A stretch of DNA of 64,000 nt from Eledone cirrhosa (Eukaryota): contig OZ024748.1 of NCBI GenBank assembly GCA_964016885.1, forward strand, positions 25,110,001 to 25,174,000, read 5' to 3'. Positions 53,713-64,000 of the stretch are shown one piece after another; the stretch's first letter is position 1; every line of letters starts with the position of its first letter. The notes under the pieces were generated by a model. It searched no databases and was not told the DNA's origin. It worked only from the letters and a program-made list of their open reading frames with translations. The translations under genes and the position numbers were made by a program.

Positions 53713-54554
53713 TTTCATTCCAGTTAAAGGATAACGTTTTCCGTGAGTTTAACGTAGATAATATTGATCACTAAACAAGTATGGCAAGATACCAAATCGA
53801 GTTATTTCAGCCCCTTAAGGTGTTGGATAGGGGAAAGAACCAATTAATTCTGGGTTATGCAAGGTTTACAATTGTTAAGTGGCAATGATAGTATCAACAA
53901 AAGAGACAGCACTTGAGAAGTAGATGGCAACATGTGACAAAATAAAGCTTTAATTGGTCAAGTAAATTGATAAAATTAATCTAGTATACAACCTTGAACT
54001 GCATCATATTAAGTAGTTTTCCATCTTTATTATCGTTGATACAGCTGCAAGAAACTCGTTTATGCTACTAAACCCCAGCCATCATTAAATCCTAGCCCTA
54101 GCTCTCTTCATTGCTATACAGCCTATTTTTCCCCTATGACACAGTAACGAATAAGATCTTTCACTACACGAAGGCTTCGAAAAGATTCAACATCAGAAAT
54201 GTATAGTTGCTTTATAGCCTCCCTTGTTTTTCAATTCTCTTATCTTATTTATGCTTGGCCTTCCCTTTTTTTTTTATCTCTCTGCTCATTTTGTTTTTGT
54301 TGCTTAACTGTAAGGGTACTAGATATCTCTCCTAGTCTGTCATGCCTTACTTACTTTACTAGCTCTATACGGACGTTTAAATTTATTAAATAAATGAATA
54401 AATAACTTGTGATTGTGTCGTAGGGACGCCATAATGACATATTTTAAAACCTGAGGAAGTTTATCTCTCTATTGGTTTGACGAGAACCGATTTCTTCCAG
54501 AGAGAAAGAGAGAGAGAGAAGTATGAGAGAAGAGAGAGGGGGGGGGAGAAAGAG

Positions 54555-54700
54555 CGGTACTGGACTGGCACTTTATTCATTGACTCTGAAAGGATGAAAT
54601 ACGAAATTGACTTCGACGGGATTTGAACTCAGAGTACAGAGAGCTGGAAAGAATACTGCAAAACATCCTATATGACACTCTAACAACTTTGTCAACCTTT
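54555..54700 (-). mobile_element. SINE family 1, diverged
   Basis: gaaaggatgaaatacgaaattgacttcgacgggatttgaactcag. Confidence 0.65.
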
Positions 54701-54918
54701 TTCCTTATATGGACACTAAGACAGGTGGAAGGGGGGAGTATATGTAATGAAAAAAAATAAATTTACAGAGTGAAAAAGAATATAAAAATGTTAAATGTTG
54801 AAAGAACAATGTCTCGTCAATTCTCCTCCAATCTGTTTTTATAATAATTAAAACAAGAAAACATTCACGATTTACTATGATAAATTATTCTAATCAGTAA
54901 CTAACCTCAATATGTAGA

Positions 54919-55250
54919 TCAGTCATGGGCAAGCTGCAGCCCACGAGCCGCATGTCACCCATTTCGTTTTCTGAATGGCACACCTAATTTCAAAATTGCC
55001 TTGAACTTTTTAGTAGTGCGACCTGCCTTATATATGGGGCCTACCTTATGATGAACCACATCCTATGGGGCCTACCTTATGATAAGCCACATCCTATGGG
55101 GCCTACCTTATGATAAGCCACATCCTATGGGGCCTACCTTATGATGAGCCACATCCTATGGGGCCTTATGATGAGCCACATCCTATGGGGCCTACCTTAT
55201 GATGAGCCACATCCTATGCGGCCCACTGCACGAACAAAGTTGCCCGTACC
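54919..55250 (+). mobile_element. hAT-like MITE with internal 31-bp tandem expansion
   Basis: cagtcatgggcaa ... ttgcccgt ends; internal unit ggggcctaccttatgataagccacatcctat x~6 (55036-55218). Confidence 0.65.
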
Positions 55251-56016
55251 TCATGTAACTACTGACAATTTGAACATTTCATACTTTATATTTTATATAA
55301 AGAGTAGTGCGCTCATGCCTCTTTACATTAACTTTATCCCTTCGGTGCTTCGTAAAAGTCTGAGAGATCGGCAACGTATATGTTTATATTTCACATTTTA
55401 TACTCCTTAAGTGGTTGAAATTGTAAAAACCTAAATATTATTGGTATGGTATATCTGAATGTCTTCCTGTTGTATTTGTATGTCATGATTTTAACCAGTT
55501 TATATAAACATATATCAGAGAAAATATTTTTGTTTTGTTCTCTTGGAGTGATGATAAGTATGAACTTTTGGAATCGTTTGCTGGAACTTTCAATGTAAGA
55601 TCGGAACATTTTTAATGTAAGATCGCATAATTTTCCGAATCTATTTCAACGGTGTTATTCCTTTACAGAACTATTCAATACTGACAGTATTCTACAAACA
55701 TCTATTGAAATATATGTTAGACACGTGCCGCTAAACGATCATCCGGCACGAAAATAATCAATCACTGAAGCAAATACTTAAATGTTAATGCGAAAGATAA
55801 ATAGTGATCAAATATCAAACACCTAATGATTATTTCCGACTCAGAGATCGATTGGAGCATCAAAGCAAACTTCAAATGTAATGTTTCACCGTGAAAATGT
55901 TATTTAAATATCTTAAGATATTGAGTGAAGTTTTCTTTGTTGCAGTTTCTGCACATTATAATGGTGGTGTGTCTATGTGTGTATTTACATGCGCCGCGTT
56001 AGTATGTATAAGTGTT

Positions 56017-56067
<51 letters not shown>

Positions 56068-56094
56068 GTGTTTGTATGTGTGTACATGTGTGAA

Positions 56095-56380
56095 CGCTGA
56101 ATGGTTAAGGAGTTCGCTTCGTAATCACAAAGTCCTAGGTTCGATCCCACTGCGTGACATCCTGAACAAGTGTAATTTACCATAACCTCGGGTTGACCCA
56201 TGCCATGTGAGTGAAACTGGGCAGACGGACAGTGGAATGTCGTCAGATGGACTGTACCTGTAATTAGGTCAAAAGGCCAACCTTATCATACACTGTCACG
56301 CTGAATCTCCCTGAGAATTATACTCAACCACCTAACTTTTAATTTCACGAACAGGTTGTTCCATTGATTGAACAGGGACA
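56095..56380 (+). mobile_element. SINE family 2-related element
   Basis: atggttaaggagttcgcttcg...ggttcgatccc; body like 53365-53712. Confidence 0.6.
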
Positions 56381-57317
56381 CTCACGTGGGGAAGTAAGTT
56401 GATCAATTCGTTTTTCTTTATCAAACAGTGCAACATTAAAAAGTCTTAACATATCTAGCAAATAGTTAAGAAATAGATTTTAAACCTGATAATAAAATCT
56501 GCTGATATTGCGAATACAGTGTTCTAAAAATAATTGCTTGAAATATCGGTTAGAAGGAACAATAAAGTATGTATGTAGTAAGGATTAAAAGAAGTATCTT
56601 AAAAATAGATGAAAGCGAAGTCTGAAGCAAACACTATCTCAACTTGAAAGTGATACACGTCGTGCAACAATTTAAAATAATGCCTCTGGAATTCTTTTCA
56701 ATATTTATTGTCATCTTAAATTTCTGGTAACTGCATTTGTTCTTTGAATAATCAACATGCTTGTCAATCAATATCTTCCATCCGTGAAGGCAAGCTAGGA
56801 TCATTTCCGTAAGTCTCTTTACAATAAATCCTTCATCTATAAACTTCCTCTTATTTACTTCTATCTGTTTCCCTTTATTACTTCAAATGTATCTTCCTAT
56901 CGTATTGCTATTTCCGTTTATGCCATCTATTCTTTTTTATCAATTCTTTCATCTATTCTTCTTAACGAACTGTTTTATATCTCGATCAATACATTATTCT
57001 CTCATGAACTAATCGATCACAGTGGTGGAGTGGTGAGGGAGAGAGGTTATATATTTCTTCGGAAGATCGTGCAAACAATTTACCTCACAAGATATGTACC
57101 CTTTATATAGTAGAATGAAAAGTGGCACGATCTAAACTCGCCCTTTATTCCTCTTTGGTATTTCAACTTTGAAGAGAAAAACTTTGAAGAGAAAATGAAA
57201 GAAGATTGCCATTACTTATTACATCCTTTCATCGTCTCCACTTTTAAACTGTTTATCTTCTCACTTTCTCTTACCACATTCCACATATCTTCTCAATGTT
57301 CACTCACCACCCACAAC

Positions 57318-57359
<42 letters not shown>

Positions 57360-58254
57360 TTTACGTCACCTTTCCAGGCTGGCATGGATTGGACGGGTCG
57401 TCAGAGTCGGAAAACAGATGGGTCGGAGCGAATAATTTTGCACCTTATGTTCTATATTTGGCATGGTTTCTACGTCGGGATGCTCTTCCTAACGAAACCA
57501 CTTACCAAATATATTCCATTTATAATTAAGGATGGTTTTCCGAAGAGGAACACAAAGGAGCCACTATTAAATAAGGTACCCAATGAAATAGTAGAGAAGA
57601 TAAATATTTATTTCATAATTACTTCTACAGGACTAGAATATTCGTTTGAAATTATATGAAGCAGTTCTATGAGATAAATATATCACACACAGATACACAC
57701 ACATATATATTTGTGTGCGTTTGTGTATACATATATATAATTAGGCTTTTCTGCCCAACGGGTATGCTTTTACCGTTTCAAATATATATATATTTATATA
57801 TATATATATCACGGCAAAAAAAAAGCTACCTATTCGTGGAAATAAACATAATATATGGTTCTATGTGCTTCACCTCTTTAAATTTTAATTCCCTCTTGAG
57901 AACTACCACAAATGTCCTAGTATTTATATATTTACTCGTCCCTAAAAAGACTCCACTCTTCAACTCACCTTTCAGCATGTACTCTTATTTTCTTTGACTC
58001 TTCCACCTGAATTCTTAGGAAGTTCTTCTCTTCTAAGAAATCATTTCAATATATAACAAATCAACTTAATGTGAACACACGTTAAAATAAGCATTTCTTC
58101 ATCTACTTTTATTCTTTTTTTTTCTTTTTTCTTCATCTACATTTTTTTCCTTAATCACCATCTGTTATCTGCAGGCTACAGCTCCTTAAGTTAAAACAGA
58201 TGCAAAACACACCCTACCTCTCTCTCCTTCTCTTTTATGTCTGTCTGTCAGTCA

Positions 58255-58359
58255 GTCTCTCTCTCTCTCCCCCTCTCTCTCTCTCTCCCTCTCTCTCTCT
58301 CTCTCTTTCCTATCTATCTCTCTGTCAATTCCTCTCCGACTCCTACTCCTTTCTGTCTG

Positions 58360-58423
<64 letters not shown>

Positions 58424-58509
58424 TCTCTCTCTCTCTCCCTCTCTCTCTCTCTCTCTTTCCTATCTCTCTCTCTGTCAATTCCTCTCCGACTCCTACTCCT
58501 TTCTGTCTG

Positions 58510-58553
<44 letters not shown>

Positions 58554-58556
58554 TCT
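58255..58556. repeat. (CT)n microsatellite with duplicated ~60-bp interruption
   Basis: ttcctatct...tgtcaattcctctccgactcctactcctttctgtctgc occurs twice. Confidence 0.9.
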
Positions 58557-58764
58557 TCATGTTTTTCTTTTGCCCCCAATTTTTATAAAATCGACCCCTA
58601 CTCCGATAAAAGCCACACCATACCTTCACGTTATTAAGCCAGTCTCTAAATAAATTATTGTCTCATTCTAGAACTGTTGCTTAATTTCATAAACACATCA
58701 GATTCAGAACGCCACCGCCCCCACCACCACATACACAGACCTGTTGTCTACTTCCGTTTCTTCA

Positions 58765-59385
58765 TACAGAATGCCGGAATTAAACGTTTCTTTATATTGA
58801 ATACCGGATTAAATCTAGAAACCTCTAGGTACGGAATTAAACATAGAAACCGTAGCACGCGAGATTAAATGTAGAAAACTTTATGGGTCAGAATGAAGAA
58901 AACATAAATTGCCGGATATGTAGAAAACATAAATTGCCGAATTATATATAGAAAACATAAAATGCCGGATTATATGTAAAAAAAACATATTGCCGGATTA
59001 ATTGTCGAGTGCCAAATTAACTGTAGAAACTCTAGAGTGCTGAATCATATTTAGAAAGCCAGAAGTACCGGATTAAACGTAGAAAATGTAGAATATCGGA
59101 TTTCATGTAGAAACCTGTAGATGCCGGATTAAAGCATAGAAACCGTGGAGTTCCAAAATAAATGTAGAAATTATTTTGTGCACGATTAAACTTCATAAAT
59201 GGACAGTGCCGCATTAAATGTAGAAAGGCAACACTGTTATTTGCCGAAAAAACTGCAGCATACCAGATTAAATGTAGTGAATGTAAAACAGCGGATTAAA
59301 CGTAGGAAACATAAAATGCCGGATTAAATGCTGAGAATTGACAATATCTGATTTTATGTAGAAAACATAGAATGTCGGATTAAAA
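58765..59385. repeat. Degenerate ~30-bp minisatellite
   Basis: Recurrent gccggattaaatgtagaaaac. Confidence 0.7.
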
Positions 59386-60056
59386 GTATTATTCTTTGAA
59401 TCTAGCCATAATAAATTCATTGATTTTATCTTGGAACATTTCAGCAACCTTTTAAAAAGATAAAAGAAAATGTATTTACTTGTTTGTTTGTACAGGGTGT
59501 TGGGAAGCCACGTGACAGTTCGTTAGATCCACTAATCAATTGAATGTGTCTAGTGTAACAGTATTTAGATGAAGTTCAAATGCATGTTTTGTTGCTATAT
59601 CTTGCCACAGTATTTCTGAGCCTAGTGCTGCTGGCTAGCACCAACAATTAACCAGAAAGAAGTCATTGTTTAACTCATATAAGGTGATGGAGTTCAGTAG
59701 AGACTGTATTTAATTATATCCTTTAAATTACAGTCAAATCTCGTAGGATTCTAACTTTCTATTTATCCTTCTGAAGTTGATAAAAATAATAACTATATAT
59801 AATAATTGTTTCTACTTTAGGCACAAGACCAGCAATCATCCCAGTACATTACTGGTACTTTATTTTATATATAACTATATATAATAATATACTGAGATTT
59901 GATACAATAATATCCCTGAGCCCCAAAATATGTGGAATTGAGCCAAAATAAAACATCATTATTTAAGGCCTTTATCCCCTAATACATATCAGTCCTCAGG
60001 ATTTTGTTAAAATAACCAATGACGTTTTCTTTTTTATTAATGTTTAGACGAAGATG

Positions 60057-60470
60057 AGGCGGTGAATTGACAGAATCGTTAGAGCGTTGTACAAAATGCT
60101 TTGCAGCATTTTTTCTGGTCCTTTACTGTCTGAGAGTTCAAATCTTGCCGAGGTCAATTTGGGGTTTATATAATTGACTTCCTTCCCCCAAAATTGCTGA
60201 CCTTGTGCCAAAATTAGGAACCAATATTTAAACGAAGATTCTGACCTTGTGCCAATATTAGAAAGAATTATTTGACGAAAAGGATGGTTGGAGGCAGTGA
60301 ATTGGCAGAGTCAATAGAGCGTCGGACAAATGCTTAGCAGTATTTGTTACGGCTCTTTACGTTCTGAACTCAAATTCCGCTGAAGTCAACTTTGCTTTTC
60401 GTCCTGCTGAAGTCGATGAAATAAAGTACCATTGAAGTACTGAGGTCAGATACAACCGACTTTCAAAGTC
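60057..60470 (+). mobile_element. Two SINE family 1 copies
   Basis: ggcggtgaattgacagaatcgttagagcg... and ggcagtgaattggcagagtcaatagagcg... Confidence 0.75.
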
Positions 60471-60534
60471 TAAATTCCGAAACCATTATTTAAATAAAGA
60501 TAGCCAGTCTGGGCTGAGATAGGCTCGTCTGGGA

Positions 60535-60708
60535 TGAGATGGAAGAAGGTAGGATATATGGGTCGGGTTGGGGGAGGGGGGAGATGGTAGAAGGTAAGAT
60601 ATGTCAGGTGGGTTTGAGAGGAGATGGAAGAAGGTAGGATATATCAGGTGGGTTTGAGAGGAGATGAGAGAAGGGCAAGATATACCGGGTGGATTTGGAA
60701 GGAGATGA
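60535..60708. repeat. ~40-bp tandem repeat, ~4 copies
   Basis: gagatggaagaaggtaggatatatcaggtgggtttgagag. Confidence 0.75.
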
Positions 60709-61377
60709 TCAGTAACTTGATTGTTCAGTGTATCAAGTGATGCTGTAATTTGATATAAGAAACTGAGAGAAGAAAGCGCTTATTTGTGAGTCAGTTAACA
60801 TTGCATTTTTGGTGACTGAGTCTTTATCAGCCAATTAAATGATCTTTGTAATGCTGTCTAAGATATGTCTGTGTGTCTTTATCAGCAACACCGTTCCAGA
60901 TATGTGAACAATACGCACTTGAGATTTATTAGTAAGTCAACAGATGCTCAAGGTGGAAGTACTTTCAGGCTCTAAAAGAGTAGCCTAATTTTAGTGAAGG
61001 ATATGGGTGGGGTGAGGAGAGTTAGGGAAGCTGTAGTGAAGGGAAAACTGTTTCATTAATATGTACGATGATTACAATTTGCTTCTATTGAAGGAGACCA
61101 GATTAAAATGTCCTCTAGAATGATATATTTAGGTTACATATGGACGACACCTATGTGTGGAAGATTAAAGAGGGTCAAAGGATGATATCATCTGTGATGG
61201 GGAGGGAGAGGGTTGTAAAATATAAAATAAGAGAACCTTTGTGACAGTGAAAAGAAATAGTACAGGAGATATAACCAATCATTGCGATACACCAGAGTTA
61301 CTAGATTGAAGAAGGTTTCATCAACAAACACAGCCTGGAAGAAACTTCCTATCTCGAGCAGCGGTGATTTTTTTATG

Positions 61378-61470
61378 AGTTTACAGTTGTAAACTATATA
61401 CCTATAGTTTTACAGTTGTAAACTATATACCTATAGTTTTACTGTTGTAAACTATACACCTATAGTTTAT
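61378..61470. repeat. 29-bp tandem repeat, 3 copies
   Basis: gttttacagttgtaaactatatacctata. Confidence 0.85.
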
Positions 61471-62147
61471 GGTTGTGTACCAACGATGGAAAGCCGATGA
61501 AGTGATGCGGTGGTGATAACAATCTTTCAGCAATGATAACAAGAAAGTTATAAGAAACAATTTAATCAGTTACATTTATCTTTACATAAAATGTATGAGA
61601 AAAAATAAATGGAAGATTATTCTAGAAGGTGGTATAGTGAGGAATGAACGAATATGATGAAATAATGTTTCGTTATGTACATATTGCGGTGAGAAGAATC
61701 AATTAAACGTGCATTTCCTTTTCCTTTGGTCCCGAAATATGTTAAACCACAACAGTTTTATCTCAACAGAAAACATTCACGGTAGGGCGGTAATTATTTC
61801 ATCCGCTGTCATCCTGTGTAAATATTGGAAAAAGAAAAAAACTACGTGTGTTCTGGTGTACTCTTGCGTAGGTTGATTTATATTTAGAGAAGAATGGTTA
61901 CCCAATAGTGCGTGTGTAGTATAAGAAATGACTTGTGTGTATTATGTGTAGAGTGTGGACGTTCTGATGTAGATTTTCATCAGTTCTTATCGCTTCCATT
62001 AACACTGTGTCTTTACACACTTCTTTACTTTTAGACCTGTCATTTGGTTAATTGCCTTATCAACGATAATGATCTTAACAATTATTATGTGTCACTTTCT
62101 TTTACTTGTATCTCTAACACACACACATATAAACATATAAACACACT

Positions 62148-62193
<46 letters not shown>

Positions 62194-63029
62194 TGTATAT
62201 ACACACACACACACATAAACACAGACACATACATACACCCACACACAATAAACATACACACACACACACACACACATATACATGCATACACACTCATAAA
62301 CACAGACACATAAACACAAACACATACATTCACACATACACATAAACATAAGCACACGCACACATACACGTGCATGTATGGGTATTAGAACAACAGAACA
62401 GCCTGATCAAGAAGATAAACGTGTAAGTGGCTGAGCATTCCACAGGCAAGCGTATCTTTAACATAATTCTAAGGGAGATTCAGCCTGACACACTATGTGA
62501 CAAGGCTGACCTCTGTTGAATTACAGGTATGGTTCATCCGACAGGCTTCCAAACAATTTCTGTCTGCCCAGTTTCGCTCACAAGGTATGGGTAGACCCGA
62601 GGCTATGGTTGTGTGACACTTGTCTAAGATGTCTTGCGGTAGGATTGAACCCAGAACCTAAAAAGCGAACGTCTTAACCATTTGACCATGTTGGTCCTAG
62701 GTAAACAAAAGATAAAATAAGGAAGCCACCCTTGCTTGCCTTCCATCGCTTTCTGTTTGGTTTTGGTTATGTCAGAGCCATACCCACCACGCTTGGCCCA
62801 TTACGGGTTGGTGAGGCTATTTAACCCATAGTTGGGGTGGATGGCAGTTGTCTCTAGGGAGATCATCCATCTTTTTAACAGCTCTTTTTTGTACTGTTGG
62901 GATCCCAATTACCCTCTTCAGGATCTGGTGGGAGAGCTTGTTTAGTCCTATCAACCATGAAGCAAGTCGTACTGGGCTACATGGTACCGGTAGCAGTCAG
63001 AAGCCTGACCTGACCATTAAGTGATACTA

Positions 63030-63468
63030 CGTGGGAGAAAATATTTTGTGGTATTTGTTCCGGCTTTTTACGTTCAGAGTTCAAATCCTGTCGACGCTAA
63101 CTTTGCCTTAAATCCTTCCGGGGATCGGGAGGGGAGGGAGGGGGGGGGTCAATAAAATAGAGTACACGTAAAGTAGTGGGATCGATATAATCAACTTTTT
63201 CAAATTGTTGGTTTGCGTCTAAATCAGAAAACAGTATTAATTCGTCAAGTGCGGTGGATTGGCAGTAATGAGTAGAGCATCAGACAATATGGTTTGTGGT
63301 ATTGAGTTACGGCCCTTTGCGTTCTGACTTCAAATTACACCGAGGTTAGCTTTGTCTTTAATCCGTACGGAGTTGATGAAATAAAGTACCAGTAACGCAC
63401 TGAGGCCGAATATAATCGACTTTTCCCCTCGCACTAAAATTGTTCGTCTTGTGCCTAAATCAGAAATC
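63030..63468 (+). mobile_element. Two SINE family 1 copies
   Basis: gagttcaaatcctgtcgacgctaactttgcc and gcggtggattggcagt...ccgaggttagctttg. Confidence 0.7.
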
Positions 63469-63715
63469 ACCTTTTTGTTTCGTCATTTCTTTCTTCACCT
63501 CCCCTTTACCACCACCCCTAAGCCCTCTAACCCATCTTCCCCCACTTTTCCTCATCTTCTCCACCAATTCCCCATCTGCAATGAGATGATATTATGTCAC
63601 TCTAGTGAAATATCATACTGGAAGATGTAAAGATATATTCATAATTGAAATAGTTTCAGGAGTCAAATAGCAATAACTAATGAAAAAAACAATATAGTAA
63701 TAAATATATGACGCC

Positions 63716-63774
<59 letters not shown>

Positions 63775-64000
63775 CGTGTGAGTGTGTCTATGTGCCTGTG
63801 TGCGTGTGTGCGTGTGTGTCTGTGTGTGTGTGTGTGTGTGAGTGTGTGTGTGTGCCTGTGTGTCTGTGTCTGTGTCTGTGTATGTGTGTGTGTATGTGTG
63901 TGAGTGTGTGTGTGCCTGTGTGCGTGTGTGCCTGTGTGTCTGTGTCTGTGTGTGTGTGCAAGGGGTGACTGAAAAGTTTTGAGCCTCCAAGAAACGGTAG

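Noticed and set aside
63955-64000. Mariner-like TIR (aggggtgactgaaaagtt) at the window edge
   Set aside because: Only ~40 bp visible; no partner TIR or ORF.

Overview
AT-rich, microsatellite-dense eukaryotic genomic DNA, probably Octopus (inferred from the tRNA-derived SINE families and the (TA)n/(CA)n/(TACA)n load). One host gene is supported: a minus-strand gene for a 223-aa secreted protein resembling the CpcT/CpeT bilin-lyase family, with coding exons 29132-28605 and 236-93 joined across a ~28.4-kb phase-0 intron. The rest is repeats: about 20 copies of one SINE family, a second CORE-like SINE family, an internally deleted Hsmar2-like mariner, hAT MITEs, Dong/R4, CRE and RTE LINE fragments, a Penelope GIY-YIG fragment and large minisatellites. 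The most striking non-coding signal is a set of Penelope-type minimal hammerhead ribozymes, including a pair with compensatory changes, and fold-back elements in (TA)n tracts whose hairpin apex lies at the hammerhead core. Most long ORFs in the track are simple-repeat artefacts. All family assignments come from motif recognition, not database searches.
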